DNA from: Flectonema sp. DT1601
Taxonomy: Eukaryota
Direction: 5' to 3'
Length of the DNA: 64,000 nucleotides
Assembly: GCA_964019425.1 (NCBI GenBank)
Contig: OZ025802.1
Coordinates: forward strand, 1,054,001 to 1,118,000
The notes under the pieces were generated by a model. That model did not search any database and had not been told where the DNA came from. It saw nothing but the letters and a program-made list of their open reading frames with translations. Position numbers and translations under genes: made by a program. Every line of letters begins with the position of its first letter. Within the stretch, counting starts at the first letter, position 1. Shown one piece after another: positions 11,625 through 23,316 of the stretch.

Positions 11625-12095
11625 ATGACCGAAATAGATTTAAGAGAAATCGCATCGGTTAGGAGGATGTTATCTCATACTCGAGGAGAGGGAAGGTCAT
11701 CGACTGATAAATGGAATAATAGAATTCCAATTCAAGGACAAGCATTTAGAAGGAGAGAACGAGAGAGAGAGATCCGAGAAGAAGCAAGACAACGAGTTAA
11801 AAATACTCAAGCACAAGAGATGGCGAAAATTATGCGTGAAAGAATCAATGGTGATTCAGGTAGTTATCAATCTTTTATGCATCAATTTCAAAGTCCAATT
11901 CACATGTCAAACTCTCCTATCAGAGAGAAGACATCAGCAGTATCAAGAAATGAACTTGATTTTCAGGGATCACCTCCACCACCTCCATCTTCCCCTTCGT
12001 GTGATTCGTTAGATGATGTTGCTATTGCCAGATGTGCTCATCTGTTAACTCCAAATAATGAATCACCGTCACAATTAGAATCACGTAGTTTATAA
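11625..12095 (+). CDS. Hypothetical protein (charged helix, Ser/Pro-rich)
   Basis: 156-aa ORF with coding-like composition inside AT-rich flanks; no recognisable domain. Confidence 0.5.
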   Translation: MTEIDLREIASVRRMLSHTRGEGRSSTDKWNNRIPIQGQAFRRREREREIREEARQRVKNTQAQEMAKIMRERINGDSGSYQSFMHQFQSPIHMSNSPIREKTSAVSRNELDFQGSPPPPPSSPSCDSLDDVAIARCAHLLTPNNESPSQLESRSL

Positions 12096-12799
12096 TCATA
12101 TAAATCTCACAGACACCCTCGCCGTTAAAGGTATCTAGCAACAGAAGTAATTCTACTGCTTGAGATGGGTTGCCAACTATAAGGCTCTACTATGGGTCAG
12201 CTGCTGCCCCTTTCGTAAATATAAATATTAATCATCGTCGGGAAAAAAAAAAAAAAAAAGGAAGGTAGGAGTTTGTTTATCTTTTTTTTTTTGTTGTTGT
12301 TCATTTTTATTATGAAATAGCATTCCAATATCTTGCTTTCTGCTGTTCGGTTTTTTCTTTTTTTTTTTTGTACTACAAATCCATTGTTCGGTACAAAGAA
12401 AATTGTGGCAGCGTAACTAACTTATTCCTTTATTGGAATTTTGTACCAGGTTGCTCACAAACAAAACAAAAGTGTGATTAAAAAAAGTAAGAAATGAAGT
12501 TTGCCGATTCTTTTTTTTGTTTTGCATTCTCTCGTCTAAGTTTAAGATACGCAAAAAAACTGTAATTATTTTGTACCAAAAAAAAAGAAAATGTGATTGT
12601 TACCCTTCCTCTGTTATTGATTTCTTTTCTATTTTTCTTTTTTCTTTGCAAAGCAATAACAAGCTTCTTGATACTTTAATGTAATTCATGATTGTTTAAA
12701 GTCACGCAAAAATATTTGTTGAGAGACTCTGCTGCTGTTTTTATACTTTTTTTTTTTTTTTTTAATTTTTTTTTTTACAGTCAGAATGTAACTAACAAT

Positions 12800-14347
12800 A
12801 TGACAATTGGATCTCTTCTGCAACAATTTGAGTTTTGGTGTTCAGCTGAAGAGCTTAGAAAGGCTCAAGAGAAACTTCGTTTAGAATTATTTCATAATGA
12901 GAGTTCGAATGAAAAAAAATTCAATCAAGAAGTGCAGGATGTCAATAGTAGTCATAATTCCAACAGCGCGGATGACGACTTGCATTCCCAGTCTTCGTTC
13001 AGTAATGTGGATCAATCATTTTCTGGTTCAGTACCGTCATCACCTAGGGGTCGAAAATTTAAATTTCGACGACGAAAAAACAATCAAACTAACGCATCCG
13101 TCGGCTCAAGCTTCATGAGTAGAATGGGAAGTCTAAAAAAACAACGAGCTCTCAATGTTGTAAAAAGAATGCGAAAACGAGAACCATCAATCTCACTTGA
13201 AGAAACTAAACTCATCTACTGTTGGAGTATTTCACAAATAATTGCGAGATCAACAGTTCACTTCATCGACAATGTAGTAAAGAAACGAAAACACGAACAA
13301 GACAGGAAACCTCTTTCTACAAAAAGGCTTGATCCAAGTAAAGGAGCGTTGTATCTTATTGCAAAGCAGAAGATCGCTGATGCGAAAAGACACATGCAGG
13401 TTTATTTAAAAATTGCGATCCCGTTTATATTAAATCTAAGAAGACATCGTGTTGCTACTAAACGAATTCGTTCGTATTTTGAAGCGCATGCGAAGGCAAC
13501 TCGATTTCCGCGATGCGTTAAAACTTTTCATCGAAAACTGTTAGTCTGTCAGAGAACATGGAGGGAGACATGGAAAGCAAGACGGACTTCAGTTTTGACA
13601 GGATTATATCAAATTAATAACACCTATAATAAGCAAGTACGTACTCGTTACTTAATAAGCAACAGACCAACTACGTCGATCGTGCTCACACATAACAAAA
13701 CCTATCACGTAAAACCTCATGGCATTGTCAAGGAGTTTATTCAACAAACAAATCCCGTGTCATTCGTGGATAAGGGTTCCGCAGCTTTGACCAATCCTGG
13801 TAAGCTAATGAATGAGGTATCCCTCTCTGATGATGTTTTATTATTTAAAATAAAACACAAAATTATTATCGACTATAAGGAAGCTCGTAGAGAAGAACAT
13901 GTTCAAAAAATATTAAAATATCTGACCCATTCAGATTACGTATTTAATACTAAAGCGAAAGACTTAACAAAGCCTTGTATAGAAATAGAGAGGCCTCATT
14001 CAAGAGTAATGATACCAGCAGAGGATGTATTAATGATGGTTGAAAAAGCTACAGAACTTCAGAGAGCTTTACAGATGAATTTTTTTGAAAAAACAAAGCG
14101 TCGATATTCTCATATTGTGCGACACCCAGCTCACTTAGAAGTAATTTCAAGGCGTCAGTGGTTGGTATTAGTTGCTGAAAGTCGTCGTGCGGAACACGAA
14201 TTTGTATCGTCGTGTCAAGATCTGAATATCTTTGACCTATCTGACTGGATGTCAACTACATTACCACCACTTAATAAATATATATTTCAAAATCATCCTC
14301 CGCTACTACGAAATTTATTTATTGAAGACTTGGAGAAAATGAAAGTT

Positions 14348-14353
<6 letters not shown>
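12800..14353 (+). CDS. Hypothetical basic protein with possible IQ-like motifs
   Basis: Long ORF; ATG 12800 follows a T-tract+ACAG. Motifs such as CQRTWR and IRSYF are IQ-like. Confidence 0.75.
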
Positions 14354-14378
<25 letters not shown>

Positions 14379-14504
14379 CGAAAATATCATTTACACTTAA
14401 ATATTCATATTTTCTGGGCGTTCCATCTACTGGTAATAATGACATAACTTGTTTTTGTTGTTATTTTATAAATTTATATATTGAAAACACAGTACACGAT
14501 AAAC

Positions 14505-16619
14505 ATGAATCACATACCCAGTGATACGGTAAAGTTATATTTACAGCTATGTAGAACAACAGATAGACAAGTTGAGAGCTGTCCTGTTCAAGTAGACGAT
14601 AATAGAGCTGTCTTGATGGGTGTTCAAACAGCTACAACTTTCGAAGTCGACGCAGCTTTTGATATTGTTAGTTCAATTCATGCAAATGGAGAAAGTTTTT
14701 TATTTGAAAAATATGCAGAGCAGATCGGTCAGTTTACGATGGGTGTAAACGTTTGTCTTTCATTCTTATCTCATGAAGTGTGGAAGTTACTTCCACCACA
14801 TGACATACTCGACGGGTTGATGACGAAAATATTTCGACTAGTAACAAACAGCGTGCAACAAAATCAAACTCACGATTGTCAAATATCAGCTCAGTTCGTT
14901 GGTATCACTAATCCGAGTCTTCAATCTGAAGGCATTCCTCTGACTGGAATTGTTGATTTGCTCTCAGACTCTCCAGAATCAGTTGTTTCATACAGTCCTC
15001 TGAGTACCTTCGAATCAATGTTTCATTCTGCTTATTCTGTGTCGATAAACTCACCTGAGGATGCTCTTAATTGCTATGTTCTCGGTCTGAATAAATGGCA
15101 CTCAATGTTATCGCCTCAGCATAGACCAGATTCATGCTGTGTATTCGTTTTAGAGTTACGACAAACCCCAAGACGTGGTGATGTACCAATATACTCAAGG
15201 CTTTGTATAATTGATCTACCTAGTTATAATTCAATGGGAGTAGGAGGTGAATTAGTTTCATTCTTAACGCTTGTTGAGGAATGTCAACAGTCGTTTAATA
15301 GTGGTAGACTTCACGTATTAGCATCCCCAAAGGTATCACCTCTTCATGAATTACTTATAGGAGAAGGTTTCTTTGGAGGTAATTGGTTAACGTCACTGTC
15401 ACTGTTTTATGAAGACAGAGTTGGTGTTGAAGAATCAGTTGCAGGTCAGATGTTAACGAGGTTGAGTATGTTGAGAACTATTGCAAGTACTCCACTCATT
15501 AATGATATTCAGACTGTGTTATTTACTACCAGAGTAATGAATGCTCTTCACCTCTTAAGACAATACTGCACTGCTAACGGAGGATCAGTTCCCAAAGTAG
15601 AATTCGATAAACATTCTGTCAGACATGAAGTCTCTGAGGAACGTCTTCGAGGACAACTTCTTCTGGTTTCGGAACGTTACGAAACAATGAAATCCGAGCT
15701 TGTTTCTGCTGAACGTGAACGATTAAAATCAGAAAAACAACTTTCAACCATTCAAGAAAAATACCAACTTCAACATAACGCAGATATAGCACAACAAGAT
15801 GAACTCAAATCTCGACTCTCTTCTGTTGAAAAGCATCTTATAGTTGTGGATACGAAAGCGGCGACAGAAACAACTGACTTTGATGCTTTAAGAAGTCAAA
15901 AAATTGAACTAGAGCAGCAAAAACACGATCTCGACATTGAGTACGTCGCCTTACGTACAAACTATCTCGCTGTTCTTGCTGAAAATAAAACCTTGAGTAC
16001 TAAAGTTGGTGACCTGAGTGTGGAAGTTTTAAATTTGATTAGTTTAAAAGATCGGAAAGAAGAAAAGGAAAAAGAACAAGATCAACCAGTAACACTTCGT
16101 ATTACAGAAGAAAGTATAAGAATAAATCCAGGAAAGAAACAATGGGATCAAGAAAGACAAAAGATGAAAGAACACATCGACAGCTTAGAAGTTGAGACAA
16201 AATCTCTGAAAGAAAGTCTGAGAATTGTTTCATCTACTAACTTAGTGAAGAGGGTTAGTGAAGTATCTGATTGCTCATTTATTATGGAAGCAGTCGATGA
16301 CTTAATTAAACTAGTTGAGGGTCAGCTATCTAACTCTGACCTACCTCAACTACAACAACGTCACATTCGTCAGCTGTTGTCTTTGGAGAAGTCTGGTCAC
16401 ACTGATCCCTGTGTTCCATCATCCTTTGAAGACTTCTTGTCCGGAACTTATGCTCAAGTCCTCCGTGAGAAAGAAGACTATAAAGCACGCTGTCTGCGAG
16501 CAGAATTTGAATTACAAAAATTGGAAGAGAATACTAGTGCTATGATGATTATACACGCCAGAGAAAAAGCTCAGCTGCAAAATGATTTATCAAAATTGAG
16601 AGGAGAGCGCGTCACGTAA
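14505..16619 (+). CDS. CCDC78-like coiled-coil protein with degenerate kinesin-like N-terminal domain
   Basis: Kinesin-like remnants (VFVLELRQ...SRLCIIDLP, SPLHELL..FFGGN) lack the P-loop. The coiled-coil segment EYVALRTNYLA...LSVEVLNL recalls CCDC78. Confidence 0.55.
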   Translation: MNHIPSDTVKLYLQLCRTTDRQVESCPVQVDDNRAVLMGVQTATTFEVDAAFDIVSSIHANGESFLFEKYAEQIGQFTMGVNVCLSFLSHEVWKLLPPHDILDGLMTKIFRLVTNSVQQNQTHDCQISAQFVGITNPSLQSEGIPLTGIVDLLSDSPESVVSYSPLSTFESMFHSAYSVSINSPEDALNCYVLGLNKWHSMLSPQHRPDSCCVFVLELRQTPRRGDVPIYSRLCIIDLPSYNSMGVGGELVSFLTLVEECQQSFNSGRLHVLASPKVSPLHELLIGEGFFGGNWLTSLSLFYEDRVGVEESVAGQMLTRLSMLRTIASTPLINDIQTVLFTTRVMNALHLLRQYCTANGGSVPKVEFDKHSVRHEVSEERLRGQLLLVSERYETMKSELVSAERERLKSEKQLSTIQEKYQLQHNADIAQQDELKSRLSSVEKHLIVVDTKAATETTDFDALRSQKIELEQQKHDLDIEYVALRTNYLAVLAENKTLSTKVGDLSVEVLNLISLKDRKEEKEKEQDQPVTLRITEESIRINPGKKQWDQERQKMKEHIDSLEVETKSLKESLRIVSSTNLVKRVSEVSDCSFIMEAVDDLIKLVEGQLSNSDLPQLQQRHIRQLLSLEKSGHTDPCVPSSFEDFLSGTYAQVLREKEDYKARCLRAEFELQKLEENTSAMMIIHAREKAQLQNDLSKLRGERVT

Positions 16620-16799
16620 ATAATTAAATAAAATCAAAGTTTACAGACGTGTGGCATTTTCCGATACTGTGAAAACTGTATCGAGCATGTTGCTGATTTC
16701 GTTATTTTTATGGTTTTTATTAATCATTTTGGTATCCCGTTTTGAGAAAAAAAAAAAAAGAAATTTCCCCACACACAGTAATGTGAGCATATCTTGTAC

Positions 16800-18743
16800 A
16801 TGGACATCGAGCCGTTTGCAAGTTGGAGGCAATGGAGAGATGCTGCTGCTGCTGTTGAGATCCAAGACTGTCTTCCAGTGAAGAGGGGGAAGGTAGTTGC
16901 AACGAGTAGTCATCCAGCAACCAGATTTGATCATGCTACGGTGTCAGATGCTACAGGAATTTATTTATTCGGAGGTATCTCATTGGATGGTAGGATCCCT
17001 TTCTACAAGAATGATCTTTGGTTTTGGGATTACGCAATAAATGATGGTACTCAATGGACACGTCTCGACCATAGTGATCAACCATCACAACGGGGTGGTC
17101 ACAGTTTAGTTATTAGTGATGATAGGGTTCTTATATTATTCGGAGGTCAGAATACAAACGGAGAACTCTCAGACTGCTACACTCTTGATTTATGTCTGAG
17201 ACCATTGAAATGGTTAAAATTACATCCTGGTCACCTACCTCATCGAAGAGTTGGACATTCAGCCTGCCTTTATAAGTCGAAATACATGATTATTCACGGA
17301 GGAAAAGGTCCACAAGGTCAACTATCAGATACGTGGGTATTGAATCTTGAGAACATTACCTGGAGTAATGTTGTGACTACAGTAACACCCGATCCACGAT
17401 CATATCATACGTGTTCTATTAATAATAATCGTTTATTCATATTTGGTGGAGGTGTACAACATCAAGGGGAATCCTTAGTGTTAGATTCAAGTGATATGTT
17501 TTCTATTAATATAGAAGACGTTGTTAATTCATCTGTGGGTTTGGAATGGAGAAAGCATTCTCCAAAAGGAGAAGTTCCGAAACCACGGCGAAGACATTCT
17601 TGTTCAAGTTTTTATTCACCTTGTAGTGGGTTTGTAATCTACGGAGGTATGTCATCGTTGCATTCACAGCTGTTGGATTCTGAAAGAGGAGACATTCACT
17701 ATTATTGTGCAGATCGAGATTACTGGACTTTAGCAAAGGCTCCTCGTGGATACAAGCGTTGGGGACACACGACGAATATCAACAGAAAGAGTTTTCAACT
17801 TATTGTGATCGGAGGAAACTCATCTCACGCTCTCAGATTTGATCCTGTCAGTGGTATCGACTTACTTAAAAATGCTTTATATTTTGATTGCACTCAGTTT
17901 TTAAAACCCATTGAGAGTGACCCTCCAAAATCACGTTTGATACCTCCACGTCAAGAACTACTCGTTCCGTTTAAAAGGAAGAACGTACCAAAACGAAGCA
18001 ACGATCCCCCACAAGAAACCCTTCTACCAGAACAATGTAATATAACATTCGGGTCAGATCCTATTTATAAGGGAAATTGTTTTGGTATGTCTGTGGATAG
18101 GTACTATTTGACTGGCAATTTTGATATAAAAATGTTTAAGAAAAAGATGTCGTCACAACAAAAACAACACGACGACAATATCTTAGGTGAAAAACATAAT
18201 CCGAAATCGACTGGTTGTATCGAATGGAAAAGAGCTGAGAAAGGAAATAAAGCCAACCTCTTACACCAAGTGAACCAATTACGAAAAGCTGCTGGTAGAG
18301 CTAAACATAACATTTTACGATTAACTGATCAGTGTAGTCTTTGTGGATCACTTTTAGACGCAATCTGCACTCCCTGTGGTCATGCAGGACTTTGTCTATT
18401 ATGTGCTCTTAGTGATAAAGTTTCACATTGCCCAACATGTCACGAACCTATTCTCAGAGTTCTTCGAATGTTTAGTGAACCGTATGAATGTCTACGGAAG
18501 AAGCTGATTTTTGAGACTCCTTCATGTCCTATTCCGAATACAAATAAAATTCCTCCATCCCCTAGTCCTCACCATCAAGTTGCTACTCCAGTTGTTAGCG
18601 TTGGCTCTCCGACTATTGCAGTAAGGAATAGCAGCAAGCAATCAACTTTAAAAAATATCCGACGAAAGTTAAAATCAACTTGGAGACCAGGCACAGCTAC
18701 ACCACGAAAATCAATCTGGTGCTCTAACAGAGGGATGCTGTGA
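16800..18743 (+). CDS. Kelch-repeat protein with C-terminal RING (C3HC4_3-type), putative E3 ligase
   Basis: Repeated R.GH...LFGG...D.W kelch units; CSLC...PCGHAGLCLLCA...CPTC. Confidence 0.88.
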   Translation: MDIEPFASWRQWRDAAAAVEIQDCLPVKRGKVVATSSHPATRFDHATVSDATGIYLFGGISLDGRIPFYKNDLWFWDYAINDGTQWTRLDHSDQPSQRGGHSLVISDDRVLILFGGQNTNGELSDCYTLDLCLRPLKWLKLHPGHLPHRRVGHSACLYKSKYMIIHGGKGPQGQLSDTWVLNLENITWSNVVTTVTPDPRSYHTCSINNNRLFIFGGGVQHQGESLVLDSSDMFSINIEDVVNSSVGLEWRKHSPKGEVPKPRRRHSCSSFYSPCSGFVIYGGMSSLHSQLLDSERGDIHYYCADRDYWTLAKAPRGYKRWGHTTNINRKSFQLIVIGGNSSHALRFDPVSGIDLLKNALYFDCTQFLKPIESDPPKSRLIPPRQELLVPFKRKNVPKRSNDPPQETLLPEQCNITFGSDPIYKGNCFGMSVDRYYLTGNFDIKMFKKKMSSQQKQHDDNILGEKHNPKSTGCIEWKRAEKGNKANLLHQVNQLRKAAGRAKHNILRLTDQCSLCGSLLDAICTPCGHAGLCLLCALSDKVSHCPTCHEPILRVLRMFSEPYECLRKKLIFETPSCPIPNTNKIPPSPSPHHQVATPVVSVGSPTIAVRNSSKQSTLKNIRRKLKSTWRPGTATPRKSIWCSNRGML

Positions 18744-18866
18744 TACTTCCGTGTCAGTCAGGCGTTTTATCCCTTAAGAATACGACAATAGACAATCCAG
18801 TTATTGGTTGGCTTAATAAATATTTTTACACAGGTAGTTGGATTGCAGTAATAAATAAAATAAAAA

Positions 18867-19858
18867 ATGGCCGAGGAAGGTATTGGAATTGGTCTTTTTC
18901 GCGTGCTTGCAATGGCTGCAATTTTTTGTGTGAAATTAGTATTTGGAAGTGCGCCTCTTTATTTCAAAACAAATGTCCGATTCTTGAGCATTAGCAATGC
19001 CTTCGCCGCTGGAGTATTCTTAGCTGGGGGACTTGTGCATTTGTTGCCTGAGGCAGTGGAGGCTTTTATGGGAATGGAAGCTCACAACGAACATTCAGAT
19101 CATCACCATGGTCATCATTGTGAAAAAGTCTTGCAGCCTTTTATTATTTGTGGTATTGGATTTTTAGCTACGTTTTACTTGGAAAAAGTTCTTATGGCAA
19201 AACCTGAGCAAAAAAAAGAAACCTACGATCAAGAACTTGGTGGAATCATCCACGCCCACAGTCACGGAGGTGAGGGAGCTGTTATCCAGAAATTCGCTTC
19301 AGGAGATCAGTCGATAATGCCAGTCATCCTTACTGCTGTACTGTCTGTTCACAGTGTTGTATCAGGGATGGCTCTCGGTATACAAACAGATAGTTCAAGA
19401 GCGTTTTTAATTTTTCTCGCTATCATTTCACACAAGTGGGTTGAAGCATTCTCCCTCGGAACTAACATCGTTCGAGCTACATCAGCATCGATCCCAACTC
19501 TAGCGAGATTACTTATGGCGTTTGCTATTTCATCTCCTCTTGGAATAGCAATTGGATGGCTTCTTGAAGTATCTCTTCATGGTGGTAGTGCAGCATTCGT
19601 AACAGCCAGCTTAGATGCAGCTGCCTCGGGTACTTTTGTTTACATAGCAGTCGTTGATACATTGACTGAAGAATTCGCCAACGGTAAAGATCGTCATCAG
19701 TATGTTTATTTTTATAATTTTGATTTTCTGCAACAAGAAGACCCCCTTGGGTCATTTCGATTCTCGTGATCGATGCAAAAAACAGGAAATTTGCTGCGGC
19801 CGTTTGTGGGTTTGCCATGATGCACAGGTTGGGAGGTCTTGTTAAGCATTCGCACTAG
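18867..19858 (+). CDS. ZIP-family zinc/iron transporter (exons 18867-19699, 19786-19858)
   Basis: FAAGVFLAGGLVHLLPEA, His-rich loops, LSVHSVVSGMALG and HKWVEAFSLG. The intron GTATGT..AAACAG restores the last TM helix KFAAAVCGFAMM. Confidence 0.93.
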
Positions 19859-20177
19859 TGATTAAATCCATCTTTATCTGGTGAAATTTTAAGGAGTAAA
19901 GGGTGAAACGCAGCGGTATTTCAATATATAAAGTGAAAATACCAAAAAAAAAAACGCTGCGCAGGTCGTTGACCAGGTCGCCGTTCGATATCGTTCTCTG
20001 TTTTGGATTATTCCTAACTATTTGAAATTACTTATTTAGATTTTTGATGATTTTAAATTCTCATCTTCCTTTCACAGCGTTAATGAATTCGGAAATGAAG
20101 TGTTTTGAAAGATTAGTTGAGCGAAAATATTATTTTAAAACCATTATTATGTTCCCTTTTCAGCTCTACCCTTCACA

Positions 20178-21422
20178 ATGAGAGTCGTCTCCGCCTTCCT
20201 GTGCACGCTCCTTGCTGCTGGAGCGCAATCTACTTTTGTTGCTCGTCTGAATGGAGATGCTGAGATGCTCAGAAAGATCTCAGCCACCTCCTGTGACAAG
20301 TGTGACACCGAACATGGTTTGGTAGATATGTGGAAGCCAGCTGTTGAAGGAAGACATGTCACTGACAACTGGAAGGGTCAGATTGATGTTCGTGGAGGAG
20401 AAGAATTGAAATCACTTCTTCAGAAGATGAACCACTCAATCGTTCACGAAGATATCGAACAAACTATTGCCGCTGAGAGAGAGCGTTTGACGAAAGGAAG
20501 AAATGCGACCGCTACTTTCTACGACGACTACCGCAACTACGATGAGATTCTAGCAAGAATGAACCACTGGGTGTCATCATACACAGGTGTTGTTGAGATC
20601 ACTGCTGGTGTTACTTTTGAAGGTCGTCAAATTAAAGGAGTTCGTTTCGGAAGCTCTCCAACTCGCCACGTTGTTTGGATTCAATGCGGTATTCATGCTA
20701 GAGAATGGATCGCTCCAGCAACATGCATGTGGTTTACTGAGCGTCTTTTAGATCTTCAGCACAGTGACCCAACTGTTAGAGATATTCTTTCAAAACTTGA
20801 GGTATACGTAATCCCAGTATTGAATGTTGACGGTTACAGATATTCCTGGACATCAAACAGACTTTGGAGAAAGAACCGTCAGCCAAACCGTGACGGTAGT
20901 ATTGGTACTGATTTGAACAGAAACTGGGATGCTGACTGGGGAAAGTGTGGAGCTTCTACCAACCCATCAAGTGATACGTACCGTGGAACTGCTGCATTCA
21001 GTGCTCCTGAGTCTGATGCTGTTAGGCAGACGATGGCTATTTTAAAGGGTTCTGGATATCAAATTCTGGGAGGACACGACTTTCACTCATACGGACAGCT
21101 ACTTCTAAGACCATACGGCTGGACTGCCACTGACACTCCAAACAACGCTGTTGAACAAGAGCGTGGACAGAAGATGTGTGATGCCATTAAGGAAAGCTCA
21201 GGACTGAGCTACACCAACCAGAAATCATACGACTTGTACTGCTGCTCGGGATTAGCTTGCGACTGGATTGCTGAACAGACTGTTGAAGCTTCTGGTTTTA
21301 CTTTCGAGCTTCGTGGAAACCCTGGTGGATTCGTCCTTCCACCAAACCAGATTATTCCTTCGGGTGAAGAAATCTACGCTGCCATGCTTGTTTGGTTCAG
21401 AGAAATGCTTTATGAGAACTAG
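20178..21422 (+). CDS. Secreted zinc carboxypeptidase (M14A)
   Basis: Signal peptide, pro-region, GIHAREWI, NRLWRKNR, DLNRNW, DFHSYGQ, FTFELR. Confidence 0.95.
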   Translation: MRVVSAFLCTLLAAGAQSTFVARLNGDAEMLRKISATSCDKCDTEHGLVDMWKPAVEGRHVTDNWKGQIDVRGGEELKSLLQKMNHSIVHEDIEQTIAAERERLTKGRNATATFYDDYRNYDEILARMNHWVSSYTGVVEITAGVTFEGRQIKGVRFGSSPTRHVVWIQCGIHAREWIAPATCMWFTERLLDLQHSDPTVRDILSKLEVYVIPVLNVDGYRYSWTSNRLWRKNRQPNRDGSIGTDLNRNWDADWGKCGASTNPSSDTYRGTAAFSAPESDAVRQTMAILKGSGYQILGGHDFHSYGQLLLRPYGWTATDTPNNAVEQERGQKMCDAIKESSGLSYTNQKSYDLYCCSGLACDWIAEQTVEASGFTFELRGNPGGFVLPPNQIIPSGEEIYAAMLVWFREMLYEN

Positions 21423-22247
21423 ATAGTTCCTTGTACTCTTTCCCTTATCCGCTTTCCCAATTGCACATCACCAGCGTGAATTGAAAAAAAAAAGGTCTAC
21501 ACTAAAGTAGCTTTTTTTATTTCCCTTACTTGTTTTTTGTTCTTATTATTACTATTTTCTTCACGTTATTGCTAACAGGGCATGACAAAAAAAAAAAAAA
21601 AAAAAAAAAAAACTGTTTTGCGGTGTGTGTTGTATTTTGTTATTAGCAACGCCTCGGCTTTACTTACATTTAACGAGGTAGGGAATGAGGGGGGAAAAAA
21701 AACTAAACAAAAAAAAAAAAAAAAAAAATACACACGCAAGCACAGAAACGATATTTTATTATCACCTCTCGTATTTTGAAAAGAAAAAAAAAAAAAAAGG
21801 AAACCAGACCACTTTACGATAAAACGAATAAGAAAAAAAAACAAAAAAAAGAAGAATAGAAAACACTTTATGAGAGGTTCTGGTTTCTACTTTAGCATTT
21901 GCTTACCCGAGTGTCAACGTGTCATTTGTCTTGTTGTGATCTATTCAAGAAACACTCAAAATACCTTGGAAAAAAAAAAAAAATATCCCCCTCTTTTTCT
22001 TTTTCTTTTTTTTTTTATATTACTTTTACCTTTTGTTATGACGAAATTGTTTTTTGCATCGTTTTTTATTTTTTATTTTTTTCCTACCCTCCCTCCTTTG
22101 TTGTTGATTGTTAAAATTTAAACTTGATGTAAAAAATATTTTTTTTAATAATAAATAACAGGTTTTGGTTTCATAAATTTGTTATTTCCTTGACTATAGA
22201 CGTAGAAAACATTTTTATTACCTTCAGCGATATTTAAACACTAAATA

Positions 22248-22570
22248 ATGGGAGGTGACACATGGAACACAATGGATAACAGGTTCGCAAAGGTGTGTGT
22301 TGAATTAAGATAATCAGAATTGAGATTATTCTTCAAATAAATAATGAAAACAGGTAGCAGGATTTCTTCCAAACACAATGGACTACCTTGGTAGTTTTGG
22401 ATTCGAGTTGTATGCTTTTTTTTTTTTTTTTTTTTGATTAAATTTCACCAACTTGAGTCATTCTACAATAAAACAACAATTCCAGAACGGTCAAGGCTGA
22501 CGAAGTAAGAGATACGCTTCCTCCAAAAATCCACAACCCTCATCGCTGCTTTGGACCAGACTGCGACTAA
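22248..22570 (+). CDS. 61-aa microprotein, three exons (22248-22292, 22354-22409, 22486-22570); not in ORF track
   Basis: Two GT..AG introns give MGGDTWNTMDNRFAKVAGFLPNTMDYLGSFGFELTVKADEVRDTLPPKIHNPHRCFGPDCD*. A pyrimidine-rich CCTTCAG acceptor lies upstream. Confidence 0.7.
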
Positions 22571-22753
22571 TCTATATCATTAAGTCAATCCATTTTCTGC
22601 AACACGAATCTCTCAGACGCTAAAAAAAGACACAAGAAAAAAAATTTCTTGTTTTTTTTTTTTTTTTAAACATTTTTTTCCCCCCAATTTTTTTTTTTTT
22701 AATTATGATACCAGTTTCAATTTACACAATTTATTTCTCTTTTCTCTTTTCTC

Positions 22754-22851
22754 TTTTTTTTTTTTTTTTTTTTGCTCCGACAGAGTCGGAGAAGAAAACT
22801 ATTCAGATTAAGAGCCGTTTATTATTATGTCATGTTATCTATTTCTTGTGC
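22754..22851. repeat. Dispersed short repeat family A, copy 3
   Basis: T-tract, then AAACTATTCAGATTAAGAGCCGTTTATTATTATGTCATG...TGTGC. Confidence 0.8.
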
Positions 22852-23316
22852 ATCGGTAACATTGTCTTCGATCTACATTATTTAAGGCCTATTCGAATGA
22901 AATTTTTTTTAATTTAATTTAATTTTTTTTTTTTTTTTTTTTGTTGTTGTGTGTTTGAAAATTATTTGAAAAAAGTAAAAAAAAAATTGCATTACTTAAG
23001 CGTTAATCGGTATTCCGAGTTTTCAAGCATAGTGAAGAAAAGATAAAAAAAAAAACAATCCTTCATCCGCTATGTAAATTTACCTCCCCAGGCCTACCTA
23101 TATTTACATCCCAGTCAGGGTAATTGTGACTAAATTTAATAATATTATTATTTCATCATCAGGGTATAACGTTGTGATGAACATTTATCACAACGTCAAT
23201 CAATCTCAGTACTCATTGTACCCTCACGTCTTTATATTAATGAGTTCTCATCAATGTTTGATTTGTAGTTGAAGCTACTACTTGTTATCTTTCTTTCAGT
23301 TAACAAAAAAACGAAA

